A stretch of 64,000 nt of DNA from positions 160,001-224,000 of the forward strand of contig CAWCNY010000005.1 of assembly GCA_963797095.1 (NCBI GenBank), written 5' to 3'. A program made the translations under genes and the position numbers. Within the stretch, counting starts at the first letter, position 1. Every line of letters starts with the position of its first letter. The notes beneath the pieces are model-generated. The model worked only from the letters and a program-made list of their open reading frames with translations. It did not search any database and was not told the DNA's origin. This document shows positions 1 through 10,868 of the stretch, in pieces. The stretch comes from an uncultured Chloroflexia bacterium. Its GTDB lineage: Bacteria; Chloroflexota; Chloroflexia; QHBQ01; JADMIH01.

Positions 1-1204
1 TCGTCTTGCGGTTGCGGCGGGCAGCCAGGATCGCACCTTCGTTCACCAGGTTCTCAAGGTCCGCCCCCGAGAAGCCGGGGGTCTGCTTGGCGAGAGTTTC
101 AAGGCTGACACCCTTGTCCAGCGGCTTGCCCCTGGTGTGGACCTGCAAGATAGCCATTCTGCCCTTGATGTCGGGCCTGTCAAGCACCACCTGTCGGTCG
201 AACCTGCCGGGTCGCAACAGCGCCGGATCTAGCACGTCCGGTCTATTGGTAGCAGCTATCACTATGATGTTAGTCTGGCTGTCGAAGCCATCCATCTCGA
301 CCAGGATCTGGTTGAGCGTCTGCTCGCGCTCGTCGTGGGAGCCACCAAGGCCCGCGCCACGCTGGCGTCCTACGGCGTCTATCTCGTCTATGAAGATGAT
401 ACAGGGGGAATTGCGCTTGGCCTGGTCAAAGAGGTCGCGCACGCGGCTGGCGCCCACACCCACGAACATCTCCACGAACTCGGAACCGGAGATAGAGAAG
501 AAAGGCACGCCTGCTTCACCCGCAACGGCACGCGAAAGCATGGTTTTGCCTGTGCCCGGAGGGCCTACAAGCAGGACGCCACGCGGGATGCGCGCGCCCA
601 GAGAGTTGAACTTGTCCGGATATTTCAGGAACTCAACCACCTCCGCAAGTTCCTGTTTAGCCTCCTCCACACCCGCAACATCAGCAAAGGTGATGGTGGG
701 CTTGTTGCCGGTGAACAGTCGAGCACGAGATTTGCCGAACGACATAGCCTGGCTGTTGGTGCCCTGCGCCTGGCGCATCATAAAGAGGAAGGCTCCAACC
801 AGGATCAGAGTTGGCAACAGGAAGCCCAAAATGCTCAGCAGACTGCCCCAGGACTGGGCAGGCTCTACCTCGATGACGACTGCATCGGGGCCGAGAAGTC
901 GATCTTTGGATACACCGGCCTTCTCAAGGACGCCATAGATACTATCCTGAGGCTCCTTGAGGGAGGTCTTGAAGTTCTTGCAGCTATCAGGTGCGTCATA
1001 GCAGACAGTTATCTCGCTGCTATCCTCGCGTGCCTCGATCTTGGTAACCTTGCCAGCGTTGACGTCCTGCGCGACCTGGGAGATCGGAATCTCCTCGTTT
1101 GTTGGCGGACGGTTGACAAATACAAAAAAGAGCAACAGGATGGCGGCCATAATGATGATCCACACGAAGCTGTTGCGAAGCCAGCGGTTATCGGTCATTT
1201 TCAT
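1..1204 (-). CDS. ftsH: ATP-dependent zinc metalloprotease FtsH (5' part; runs off the window)
   Basis: Hand translation of the minus strand: [18 protein letters not shown], two TM segments, [14 protein letters not shown], Walker A GPPGTGKT, Walker [30 protein letters not shown]. Alternative start at 1198. Confidence 0.97.
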   Translation of the reverse strand, partial: MKMTDNRWLRNSFVWIIIMAAILLLFFVFVNRPPTNEEIPISQVAQDVNAGKVTKIEAREDSSEITVCYDAPDSCKNFKTSLKEPQDSIYGVLEKAGVSKDRLLGPDAVVIEVEPAQSWGSLLSILGFLLPTLILVGAFLFMMRQAQGTNSQAMSFGKSRARLFTGNKPTITFADVAGVEEAKQELAEVVEFLKYPDKFNSLGARIPRGVLLVGPPGTGKTMLSRAVAGEAGVPFFSISGSEFVEMFVGVGASRVRDLFDQAKRNSPCIIFIDEIDAVGRQRGAGLGGSHDEREQTLNQILVEMDGFDSQTNIIVIAATNRPDVLDPALLRPGRFDRQVVLDRPDIKGRMAILQVHTRGKPLDKGVSLETLAKQTPGFSGADLENLVNEGAILAARRNRKT

Positions 1205-1459
1205 GTTTCCTCACGATTGCCATTTTACCGGCGAGCGGCGTCTGAGTCAGGTAACAGCCGATCCGGTGGCACATTTCAAGTTTATTATCCTTGAGGTATG
1301 CAATTTGCGGGCCACGAATAGCAAGATTCGGACAGGCGATACTGTGGTGTAACCCGCCCGCTGGGGACTTACCCTCAAGACCTTCTACAAACCTACTATA
1401 TATGTTAACGCCTTTTGCAACCTTGCGGTTCTCAAGGTCGCCCGGCACTTCTTCTAAAC

Positions 1460-1489
1460 ATTATACTCGCACTTCAAAACCCCTGTCAA
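1460..1489 (-). promoter_or_regulatory. Sigma70-type promoter upstream of ftsH
   Basis: Minus strand reads TTGACA-N18-TATAAT (both hexamers consensus), ~255 bp upstream of ftsH. Confidence 0.7.
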
Positions 1490-2513
1490 AGCGTAAGGCC
1501 GTTGTATGCGGTCAGACTTGAGGTGGAGCAATTTCCACTGTATTCTATGAAGTATGAACCTGGAAGAAGAACTAGCCCATCTGCGGGCAGAGAATGCACA
1601 ACTCAAAGAGCAATTGCGCCTTGCTCTGGAGCGCATCGCCGAGTTGGAAGCCAGGTTGGAGCAGATGCAGACACAGCTAGCCTCTGGCTCTGGCTCGCCA
1701 GGTGCCCCATCATTCGTCAAGCCCTCCACTCCCAAGAAGAACAACACCCCAAAGCCTCCCAGACGCCCCAGAGCTAAAGAGCACAATGGTGCCCGCCGCC
1801 GTGAACAATCGCCCACCTCAACAATTGAGCACCACCTGCAGCAGTGTCCCGATTGTGGCTACACCCTTCGTCAGCACCAACTCGCCTCCAGACGCCAGGT
1901 GATAGAACTCCCTCCACCCCCTCCTGTGCAAGTCACTGAGCACCAGCTATTCAAGGGGTGGTGTGCTCGTTGTGGGAGGTGGCACTACCCCACTGTCGAC
2001 CTTACAGGTCAGGTGATTGGGCAAGGCAGAATGGGGGTGCGTATCGCCTCCCTCATAGCTCATCTGCGCACATCGTTGAGGATGCCCCTCCTCCTCATAA
2101 AAGAGTACCTGTACACCATACACAAGTTGACCATCTCTTCGGGTGAGGTTGTGGAGTTGTTGCATCGAATGGTGCAAGCCGAACCTCTGAAGGAGGCTGC
2201 TGCCTCCATAAAGAAGAGGGTTCGAAGGAGCCATAGCCATGTGGTACATGGTGACGAAACCACCTGGCGAGAAGGGGGACAAAACGGCTATATCTGGGGC
2301 TTCTTCACGCCCGATGGAGAGCGATTGTACGAGTACGACCAGAGCCGAGGGGGAGCGGTAGCCAAACGAATAATGGGGTCTAACTTTGGGGAAAAGGGTC
2401 AAGTAATGTCGAGTGACTTCTACGGTGGCTACAACGACTTCCCAGGAGAGCACCAGCGGTGCTGGGCACATCTGCTCCGTGATTTGCATAAGCTGAAAGA
2501 GGAGCACCCCATC

Positions 2514-2657
2514 AACCCTACCAACCCTACCAACCCTACCAACCCTACCAACCCTACCAACCCTACCAACCCTACCAACCCTACCAACCCTACCAACCCT
2601 ACCAACCCTACCAACCCTACCAACCCTACCAACCCTACCAACCCCACTAACCCCACT
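2514..2657 (+). repeat. 9-bp tandem repeat (AACCCTACC)x14 + (AACCCCACT)x2 encoding (NPT)16
   Basis: Counted directly; in frame inside the IS66 transposase. Confidence 0.97.
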
Positions 2658-2900
2658 AACGAGGAAGTGCATGAATGGGCCAGGGGAGTGCGAGCACTGT
2701 ACGATGATGCCCATAAGCTGTTGGAAGAACACGAACTTGGCCCTCCCACTGCAGACGAAGCCACAAAAGAGCCACACAAGTGGGAGCAGCGTGTAAGAGA
2801 GTACCGGCGGTTGGTGGAAGGGGTTGCCAAGCTAGGTGCGCAGTATGCCGATGCCAAGGAGTTCGGGCCACAGGGCGGGGGCAAACAAGGGCCACAGGGC

Positions 2901-2936
2901 AGGGGCGGGGGCGGGGGCGGGGGCGGGGGCGGGGGC
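2901..2936 (+). repeat. Hexamer repeat AGGGGC(GGGGGC)x5 encoding poly-Gly
   Basis: Read directly; in frame inside the IS66 transposase. Confidence 0.95.
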
Positions 2937-3152
2937 AAGAACGGTAACGGCCCCCAAAGAGCAAGCACCCATGCCACACCTTGTGCAAGAGACTGCTGCG
3001 CCACCAGGAGGAGTTATTCCAGTTCGTGATAGTGCCCACCTTATCCTCTGACAACAACCTGGCGGAACGGTCAATCCGTCCTGTGGTGGGGGTTTTTGCA
3101 TATCCCCCCAAAACGGTGCACTTCCCTTTCAGAGATATTTGGCGCTCCTCTG

Positions 3153-3497
3153 CTATTTGGCGAAGTTGTCCAGGCCGAATTGCTCCATGGGTAGGAAGAC
3201 ATTTTCTGGTTCGGGTTGCCCGCCGAAAATATAGTATGTATCCGCCCCTTTGGTGGCTCCTATCTCATAAACAGCCCACTCATAGCTAATATCGGCGAGG
3301 AAAATGAGCCAGTCTGCGGCTATTGTGGGGAGTTGCCTGGCTTGCACTGTCGCTTCGGTGAAGTATTCCCCCTTCAATTCATGCAGCTTATATAGGGGTG
3401 CAGTCCAAACATAAACTCTGTTATAGTTAAGCCAGCAAATGACGAACGGGCTTGTCTGACTGGCCTTTCTGTTATCTGAGTAAAGAGCCTTTCTCAC
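3153..3497 (-). CDS. Hypothetical protein (possibly a gene fragment)
   Basis: 114-aa ORF of protein-like composition ending ~30 bp inside the left IR; no clear RBS or motif. Confidence 0.3.
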   Translation of the reverse strand: MRKALYSDNRKASQTSPFVICWLNYNRVYVWTAPLYKLHELKGEYFTEATVQARQLPTIAADWLIFLADISYEWAVYEIGATKGADTYYIFGGQPEPENVFLPMEQFGLDNFAK

Positions 3498-3515
3498 TCG
3501 CTTAGGAGGTCAGGT

Positions 3516-3725
3516 GTGAATACTCATGGCATCAGCCCATTTATGGGGCTTTTGTTGATATTTCTGGCTATAATAGCGGCTGTAATCGTGTTCTCAGCAA
3601 ACTCCGATCATAAGCGGCCGACAGAAGTAGCGTTAGTGACTGAACTAACAGCATCGCCAGCTATCAGCATAACGCCTAGTGTTAGCCGGGGTATGAGTAG
3701 CAACGGAGCAGAGAAGTACGTTTAG
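3516..3725 (+). CDS. Small single-TM hypothetical protein
   Basis: AGGAGG RBS before GTG; hydrophobic stretch FMGLLLIFLAIIAAVIVFSA. Confidence 0.45.
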   Translation: MNTHGISPFMGLLLIFLAIIAAVIVFSANSDHKRPTEVALVTELTASPAISITPSVSRGMSSNGAEKYV

Positions 3726-3764
3726 CTGTTCAGTTTGGTGAACATAGTGCCTGGTTAGCGGAGC

Positions 3765-4406
3765 TTACTCGGGTGGTAAACCTGCCTCAGTCCGGAGCAG
3801 CATCCGTTCTTCGCGTAGACTCAGTCGTCGTTTCTGCTCTGGCGGTTCCGATGGTTCCGCTAACCTACGTCGATGTCTTGCTTCTTCAGTTTCTTCAGGC
3901 CCCAAAGGCCCGGAAGGTCCGGATTGAGCTTCCACCCTTCCTTCCCATGTGCCGGCCAACTCATCCACATCTGAGGCGATCCGACCCAAGATCCTGCGTA
4001 TCCGTTTCCCCATCGAATGGCACATATTCGGTTTGGGGTCTGTCTCCAGTCGCAGATTTACTGCTACCTGCTTTCCTTGCTCCAGTTGTTCAAGCCAACC
4101 AATACATTGCCGCAGTGCATCGGATCGTTGCTTAAGTTGCTCACGTTCGACTCCCGTGCTGTATGCAACTCGCACTATGGCTTCGATGAACTGAAACAGG
4201 GCGGATGGCGGCGCTCTAAGAAACGAACGTTTTCCGGTCCTGATACAGGCGGATAGCCGATGTAGCCACATGAGTGCCACACATGAGCCTACTGGCGCTT
4301 CAGCATACCACAAATCATGGGAGGTATGCCCCCGACTTTTCACTGCTCCCCCTTCTTGGGAGGCGAGGGTTTGTAAGACAGCAGTACTTGGGGTAAGTTC
4401 AGGCAT
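3765..4406 (-). CDS. Hypothetical protein, 213 aa
   Basis: AAAGGAG RBS 7 nt before ATG; no recognised domain. Confidence 0.55.
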   Translation of the reverse strand: MPELTPSTAVLQTLASQEGGAVKSRGHTSHDLWYAEAPVGSCVALMWLHRLSACIRTGKRSFLRAPPSALFQFIEAIVRVAYSTGVEREQLKQRSDALRQCIGWLEQLEQGKQVAVNLRLETDPKPNMCHSMGKRIRRILGRIASDVDELAGTWEGRVEAQSGPSGPLGPEETEEARHRRRLAEPSEPPEQKRRLSLREERMLLRTEAGLPPE

Positions 4407-4890
4407 CAGGAACTCCTTTCGGCTGTAGGATTGGGTTTGCTACCTCCTATCATGCCAAAAAGGGTTCCTTTATTCAGTTTGTGAATTGCTTAACTTGACG
4501 CGGATGGGGGTTCTGGCCTATAACCGTTGTGGCAAATGCCGCTGTTGTATAGGCCCCGTTATGGACTACTCTCGTGATATCCACGGCTTTTTAGTGCATT
4601 CCCCAATCACTTATAAAGTACACCTTGGCCTTGGTTATTGATTGGCATCAAGAATAGTGATTACTCACGTATCGATTTTCACCAATCCTTCACCATTCTG
4701 TTACCCGTATTATTACTAATGCTCGTTAAGCTACAGTAAACCAACCATGCAGTTCGGAGCATTGATATGTAACTTACTAATGGCGGACAGTTGGTGATTG
4801 GGTATTAGCTAATGACGCTCTGAGCTATCGGTTTGCTGAGTACCTTGCGGCGCCCTCAACTGTTCTACACGGGTAAAACAGGAGGCTACT

Positions 4891-6237
4891 ATGCGAAGCG
4901 AAAGTTACAAGGATTTCACCAGAGGCTTGCTTTTTACTCTGCTGCTTGGGTTGGCCATGGCGATAGCGCTTGCAGGCATTTTGTCGCGTGGGACTGGTCA
5001 ATCCGCTGGGAGCAAGGATCAGTCATCTCAGGGTGGCAATGTGGCGCAGGTACCGCTTCCACCAGGCACTCAGGAGCCTACTATTATTCCTGAAGTGACG
5101 CCATCGCGACCCGTCCCCTCCAACACACCTCTTCCTGCATCTTTGGGGGCCGCAACTATTGTCACGCCTACAACGTCAACTCTGCTCGTCAACGCGAACC
5201 TAAACCTCGGCGAAAAGATCTCGGTTGATCGTCCAGAACCAGTACATTCCCTTGCTTTTGCTCCGACGGGCGACAAACTCGTATACATGACGATATCGGG
5301 GAACTTGTACTGGTCAGATATTGATGGTTCTAATGCTACATTAATCGATACCTATGACCCAGCTGCGAATTACAGTATCCTTGATGATCAGATGCCAAAG
5401 GGCAATACCCTGTTTGTACCGGGCTATGCAATGCAATTCACTCCCGGCCAAGCACCCCAAATAACCGCTGCGCCTGCTACGTTGGGACTATCTCAGATTC
5501 GTTGGTGGAGCGCAATCAGAGCAAGCGGGGTCACAGGTGGTCCATTGCGCGACGGCTATGTAGGTGGTGAGCAACTGGTTACCCTGGAAGCTAGCGGGGG
5601 AGTCGTATCCACCCTCAATGTGCCCTATATGGAAACTGGTGCTGTGAAACCAGGAGGTCAATGGTTGGCATATGCCACCAGCCAACAAACTACCGATACG
5701 CCATTTGTTGGATCGACACCTCAAACCATTTATTTGCTGAACCTGTTGACCGGTGACCGCCTTCAACTCACCCAACCTGGGATGGGATGGGAAGTCTTTA
5801 GCTGGTCCCCTGATGCAAACTGGATATATGCCAGTGCGATCGTTAACGGCGATTTGTATGGTGTGATGATCAGTGCGGATGGACTTCAATGGGTGGTCGT
5901 TACGCCGCCTGGTCACAGTGGTTACGATGCTGTTTGGAGCCCTAACAGCAGTCTGCTTGCCTTCTCTGTCATAGACGGTGGATGCGACGGTGACACGAGT
6001 CCTTGCCCTCCACGGGAGAGCCAAGTATATGTGGTCAACGTCCCAGAGCGCAAGAAGACGTCAATTGGTACCGGGCCCGGCCCTTTTATGAGTAGCGGTG
6101 CAGAGATGATGCGGCCCAAATGGTCTCCTGATGGCTCTCTGTTAGCTTTGCTATCCTTCAACCCCGACTGTGAGCCGAATTGCCCATGTACAGGGCTTGC
6201 GCCAGCATACTTCATGATGAACGCGCCAACCAATTGA
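4891..6237 (+). CDS. Membrane-anchored TolB/PD40-type beta-propeller protein (module 1)
   Basis: AGGAGG RBS; N-terminal TM helix; Pro/Thr linker; blade motifs FAPTGDKL, WSPDANW, WSPNSSLLAF, WSPDGSLLA. Confidence 0.85.
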   Translation: MRSESYKDFTRGLLFTLLLGLAMAIALAGILSRGTGQSAGSKDQSSQGGNVAQVPLPPGTQEPTIIPEVTPSRPVPSNTPLPASLGAATIVTPTTSTLLVNANLNLGEKISVDRPEPVHSLAFAPTGDKLVYMTISGNLYWSDIDGSNATLIDTYDPAANYSILDDQMPKGNTLFVPGYAMQFTPGQAPQITAAPATLGLSQIRWWSAIRASGVTGGPLRDGYVGGEQLVTLEASGGVVSTLNVPYMETGAVKPGGQWLAYATSQQTTDTPFVGSTPQTIYLLNLLTGDRLQLTQPGMGWEVFSWSPDANWIYASAIVNGDLYGVMISADGLQWVVVTPPGHSGYDAVWSPNSSLLAFSVIDGGCDGDTSPCPPRESQVYVVNVPERKKTSIGTGPGPFMSSGAEMMRPKWSPDGSLLALLSFNPDCEPNCPCTGLAPAYFMMNAPTN

Positions 6238-6338
6238 CCTCAGTCGTGGCTGTAAACTCTATTCTCAAACACACTTCGAAGTATTTGCTCGATCGTATGT
6301 CATGCGATTTTGCAGAGCAAAAGAGGAGCGACGAAACC

Positions 6339-7304
6339 ATGAACCAGAAACTAAGCCGTACTCATCGGAGAATGAGCGTGGCGCTTATATGGTGTGCTGC
6401 ACTGGTCGGACTGCTGGTGTGGTTGACGGCGTCACAAAGCACAGACAGTTTTGCTAGCACAGAAGGTTCGCAGCACAATAGCCAACCAGCTGGATATGCT
6501 GTTCCAACTCCATCAGCGTTTAAGAATCAAGACAACCAGGGCACCGAGGGATCGGATTCACCAACCGTGAATTTCCGTGAATTGACTAATTTCAAGTTTG
6601 TGCTGGATCCAGGACATGGCGGTACAGAACACCATGCGGTGGGACCGCGGGGTTCTCTGGAGAAGAACTGGAATTTGAGCATTTCCGAGAATTTGTACCC
6701 CAAATTGTCGGGTCATGGGGCTGTCGTATATCGTACTCGGACCTGTGACTGCACGGTATCGCTCGATGATCGTGTACGATTTAACAACAATCTGTACCAA
6801 AGTGGTGGCACCATAAATAACTGGCGCCTGATCTCGATCCACTTGAACGGGGCTTCTGATCCGGCGACTAACTATACCAGTACTTGGTATCGATATCAGA
6901 CTCCAAATGCCCCCAGCCAGGAACTGGCACGGGCCTTTGCAACTCAGATTGGAAGGACGACTAATCTGACTTCCTACGCCTGGACTGAAGATCTTGAGAT
7001 GACTAGATGTACGGAGCCGATAGGGTACAACATTCTGACGGAAAGCGGTTTCCTGACCAACGCGGCTTTCGAGAATAGACTGCTTGATCAAGGTTTTGCG
7101 AGTAGCCTGGCCGATGCTCATTATCGTTCGGCAGTGGATTACTGGCTGGTTGGCTATACAGGTCCACATCAGAACCTGAAACAGGACATTTACAACTCCT
7201 ACTGGGATAATCTCAATAATGGGATTGATCCAGGTGTGCCATTCGATAATGGAGGCGGCTATTATGCCCACCAATGGAACGATGCATTCACACAGGAGTT
7301 CAAG
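6339..7304 (+). pseudogene. N-acetylmuramoyl-L-alanine amidase (Amidase_3)-SLH protein, 5' part, split by IS21-family element
   Basis: AGAGGAG RBS; signal/TM segment; LDPGHGG, EKNWNL, TR...SLDDRV, ISIHLN, ILTESGFLTN. Confidence 0.92.
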
Positions 7305-7885
7305 TGTTTTTGTCAATAGAAAAGGGAGCCATTTGATAACCAAAAAGGGAGCCACTTCTCCTCCCCGACGAAAATATTGATAATTAAAAAAGGGAGCCAT
7401 TTGATAATCGAAAAGGGGGCCACACGGAAATCGCAAGTCTAGTGGGGACATCACGGACATGACTCTAGTCGACATTTGGAACAACATGGACCGCAGCACG
7501 GTCGTGGCTTATCGAACGGTCTTTGACGCTTCGCAACAATCGTTTGCATGGTGGGTTGTAATAATCCCTCTGGCGGTTGCGTTCGTCGGTGTTGGAATAT
7601 TGGTCAATCGCAGCCGCATACCCAAGGTACCTAGTGCCATAAGGATATCTGGATCTGTAACCCTGATCTGTGCTGGTTTGTGCGTTGCGATCTTCCTCTT
7701 TGCGTCGACGCTTTCCGCATATCATACTGGCAGCGATTTGCTCGCCACTAATCAGGCACAGGTTGCTGAGGGGCAAGTAATAGACCTAACCAGTACGGCC
7801 AGTGGCAAGGCCGAGAGCTTTAGGGTGCAAGGGGTCCAGTTTAGTTACTCCGAATACAGCGAGAGCCTTGGCTTTCACCATGTAA

Positions 7886-9184
7886 GGGACTCTCGATGAA
7901 TAAACTAGCCTCTTCTGGTGTTATACTCCAGTGATCACACTCTGGAGGTATGTTGATGGAACTAACCAACTCTCTCAAGACAATGCTAATCGAGACCGCT
8001 AAGTCCCTCAAAGGCAGTGACCGCCGCTTGTTTATGGCCCGTACCGTCAAAGAACTCGGTCCTGGTGGTCAAGCTCTCGCAGCCCGTGAACTGCACTGGG
8101 GCCGCATGACTATTCGCAAAGGTATCCATGAACTTGACACTGGCATCAGATGTGTCGATGCTTTCGCTGCGCGTGGCCGCAAGCGGTCAGAAGTTCATCT
8201 GCCCAACCTATTACCGGATCTGCAAGCTATAGTCGATAGCCAGAGCCAGGCTGATCCTCAGTTTCGTACTAACCGCCTCTATACCCGCCTCTCTGCCGCC
8301 GAAGTGCGCCGTCAGTTGATCGCGCAAAAGGGCTACACCGACCCGCAGTTGCCTACCCCAGAAACCATCGGGGGCAAGTTGAATGACCTGGGCTACTACC
8401 CCAAGAAGGTTGCCAAGTCGCAACCCCAAAAAAAGTCCCCCAAACTGATGCCATCTTCGAGCAAGTAAATGCGGTCAATCGCGCAGCCGATGCTAATGAG
8501 AGGGAATTGCGCATTTCTATGGACGCCAAAGCGGCTGTTTTAGTCGGGCCATTCTCCCGTGGTGGTAAGTCTCGTGTGCCGACCGCAGCCGCTGACCACG
8601 ACTTTGAAGCGCTGGCAAAGGTGACGCCAGTGGGGATTATGCTACCCCAGTCGAACGAATTGTTTCTATATGGCATTACTTCCAAAGTGACGAGTGACTG
8701 CCTGGTCGATTGTCTGGAGCAGTGGTGGCAGAGCGTGCGCAGTCGCTTCGCCACAATCAGGACGCTGGTGATCAATCTGGATAATGGACCGGAGAACCAC
8801 AGTCGGCGCACCCAATTCGTGCAGCGACTGCTGAATTTCGCATCGGACTACGGGATAAAGGTGCGGCTGGCTTACTACCCACCGTACCACAGCAAGTACA
8901 ATGCGGTTGAGCGCTGTTGGGGCATCCTGGAAAACCATTGGAACGGTGCATTACTCAACTCCATAGAGGCAGTAATTGCGTATGCGGGGACGATGACCTG
9001 GAAGGGGCGCCGACCGGCAGTGGAACTGGTGACAACAAGGTATGCCAGTGGGGTGAAACTGAGCAAAGAGGCGATGAAGGCAGTAGAAGGGCAACTCATA
9101 CGCCATAAAACGTTGGGCAAATGGTTTCTCGACATCACTCCTGCTCCACTCTACTCCCAGGCTTGTTAATTTCTTGAGAGTCCC
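7886..9184 (+). mobile_element. ISAzo13-family insertion sequence, 1299 bp
   Basis: 25-bp imperfect IRs GGGACTCTCGATGAATAAACTAGCC / GGGACTCTCAAGAAATTAACAAGCC; 3-bp TSD TAA (7883-7885, 9185-9187). Confidence 0.92.
7950..9169 (+). CDS. ISAzo13-family transposase, two ORFs joined by a probable -1 frameshift
   Basis: ORF A 7950-8468; ORF B has ISMDAKA, INLDNGPEN, YYPPYHSKYNAVERCW; slippery AAAAAAAG at 8428-8435 gives PQKK-VPQTDAIF. Confidence 0.9.
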
Positions 9185-9399
9185 TAAGTACACTTGGGGG
9201 GCCAATGAAAGAGGGGCTACAAGTCAAGATTTGGTATGCCCACATAGACGGCGATCCCTCGGATCCGGTGATATTGAAGCTAGAGATATCACAGTGAATG
9301 GTTATAGCCATTTGGCATCGGAAGAGTAGGCACAGGGACCATCCTGCTCATTTACCCAGACGCAATAAGGCTCGGTGTGCCAATTAGGATACGCTCAGT

Positions 9400-9723
9400 T
9401 CACCAATTCCAAGGCTTGCGAGGCCGTCCTACCCGTGGTCGCCATCCGTAGGGGCTAGTGTCTCGCTTGCGCTTCTCCCGCTGGCGCGCCGTGTTCATCG
9501 CCCTTTGGGCTTCCCTTCGGCAACCATCGCAGTAACGCGGAGCTGCCCCTGGATACTGCCACACCTCTCGCTCCTCGCTGCACCACTCGCAACGGAACGA
9601 AACGAGTTGAGCGTGGAGGGTTCGTGTGTAGCCCCGGCAGGTCGTTACCACCTTCGAGGGCGGTTCGACGGCAGGTTCGCTAGCTGGGAGTGCGCTTGGG
9701 TTAGAGCTGGAGTTAGAGGTCAT
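9400..9723 (-). CDS. Small Zn-ribbon (CxxC...CxxC) protein with basic AT-hook-like tail, downstream of istB
   Basis: CEWC...PRYCDGC, basic helix, RPRVGRPRK; 41 bp after the istB stop on the same strand. Confidence 0.75.
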   Translation of the reverse strand: MTSNSSSNPSALPASEPAVEPPSKVVTTCRGYTRTLHAQLVSFRCEWCSEEREVWQYPGAAPRYCDGCRREAQRAMNTARQREKRKRDTSPYGWRPRVGRPRKPWNW

Positions 9724-9764
9724 GACTTAATTTCGGCCATTTTGAGGTCAATTTTGCGAAAAAA

Positions 9765-10868
9765 CTAAGGCCGATCAGCGATGCTTGCCATTTGCGCCGG
9801 TTCTGCTTCCTCTGTCTCCCCGCTCTCCCCGATCTCCCCGCTCTCCCCGCTCTCCCCGCTCTCCCCGATCTCCCCCGCTTCTGCCCCCTCGTCTTCCTCC
9901 CCTCCTTCCATCTCTCGGCTCTCCAGACTCTGAATAGAACCGTACCCGAAATTCCCGTTCGCACCATCACCTGTTCTTTCACTTCGCCCCTGCCCCTGCC
10001 CCTGCACCTGTTGCTGTTGAAGACGCTGGCGAAAACGAAACAACTCTCCAACAAACTCCAGAATGTGTGCTTTGTGCGTGAGCCGGTCCAAAAGTGCAGC
10101 CGTCATTCGCTCATCTCCTAACACACTGTTCCAATCTCCAAATCGCAGGTTCGTAGTTATGATGATTGCCACTCTCTCGTAAAGGGTCGAACAGAACTGG
10201 AAGAGCAACTGCGCACCCGCCGCTGTAAATGGTATGAAGCCTAGCTCGTCCAGCACAATCACCTGCTGCTTGCACATCTGTGTCATGAAACGGGACAATC
10301 GCAGCTCCTGTTGTGCCTGGATCATATCATTGATTAAGCCTGCTACGTTGTAGAAGCGCACATGATGGCCCTGACGGCAAGCCGCAAGGGCAAGACTTGT
10401 GGCAATATGGGTCTTGCCAAGCCCTGGATTGCCAACCAAAAGGATCGGCTCTGCCCTCTGAATGTACCCACCCTGAGCCAGTTCAAGTACCCTCGTCTTG
10501 GCTAAACCCTGCACGACACTGAAATCGAAGTCAGCAAGCTCTTTGAGCACCGGGAATTTGGCGGAGGCGATAGAGCGTTCCACTCGATGCACTTCTCGTT
10601 GGCCTACCTCTCCTTCAGCCAGAGCTAACAGAAAACGTTCATAGCTGAGGTTGGTCTGTGCGGCATCTTGAGCCAACTTCTGGTAGTGTTGCACGAAGCT
10701 GGGCAATCGTAACTGGCGTAGATAGCTTTCCAGCAACATGTGATGTTCTGTCGCCCTTGCTGCCCTTGCTGGCTTTACCGTGTTCGTATTCGCCGTGTTC
10801 ACGGTCTGCGTCCTCTCCGTTCTCTCCCTCTCTTTCTCCAATTCATCCTCCTTGAAGCAGTTGCTCAT
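9765..10868 (-). CDS. istB: IS21-family helper AAA+ ATPase IstB
   Basis: LRQLRLP, FDF, Walker A GNPGLGKT, Walker [20 protein letters not shown]; start uncertain; low-complexity C-tail. Confidence 0.95.
   Translation of the reverse strand: MSNCFKEDELEKERERTERTQTVNTANTNTVKPARAARATEHHMLLESYLRQLRLPSFVQHYQKLAQDAAQTNLSYERFLLALAEGEVGQREVHRVERSIASAKFPVLKELADFDFSVVQGLAKTRVLELAQGGYIQRAEPILLVGNPGLGKTHIATSLALAACRQGHHVRFYNVAGLINDMIQAQQELRLSRFMTQMCKQQVIVLDELGFIPFTAAGAQLLFQFCSTLYERVAIIITTNLRFGDWNSVLGDERMTAALLDRLTHKAHILEFVGELFRFRQRLQQQQVQGQGQGRSERTGDGANGNFGYGSIQSLESREMEGGEEDEGAEAGEIGESGESGESGEIGESGETEEAEPAQMASIADRP

Larger units (their letters stand above)
1554..3087 (+). pseudogene. IS66-family transposase, 5' part (frameshifted near 2950-2960 and split by Tn3)
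   Basis: N-terminal coiled coil, CPDCG...CARCG Zn motif, HGDETTW, SSDFYGGY, QRCWAHLLRD; continues in another frame as KHPCHTLCKRLLRHQEELFQF...DNNLAERSIRPV. Confidence 0.92.
7459..9297 (+). pseudogene. Two-TM membrane protein (178 aa reconstructed) split by ISAzo13-family IS
   Basis: 7459-7885 joined to 9188-9297 reads in frame ...FSYSEYSESLGFHHV-STLGGPMKEGLQVKIWYAHIDGDPSDPVILKLEISQ*. Confidence 0.85.

Noticed and set aside
6-1294. Long plus-strand ORFs 6-938 and 335-1294
   Set aside because: Antisense shadows of ftsH. The same applies to the many overlapping ORFs opposite GC-rich housekeeping genes.
2514-2657. CRISPR array or telomere
   Set aside because: 9-bp units without spacers, in frame in a transposase; no cas genes and not at a replicon end.
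2945-2965. Programmed frameshift or repeat-driven phase variation of the IS66 transposase
   Set aside because: The shift must lie after the TAA at 2945, outside the hexamer array; both arrays preserve frame, and CCCAAAG is not in the phase needed for -1 slippage. More likely a 1-bp loss in the C5 run.
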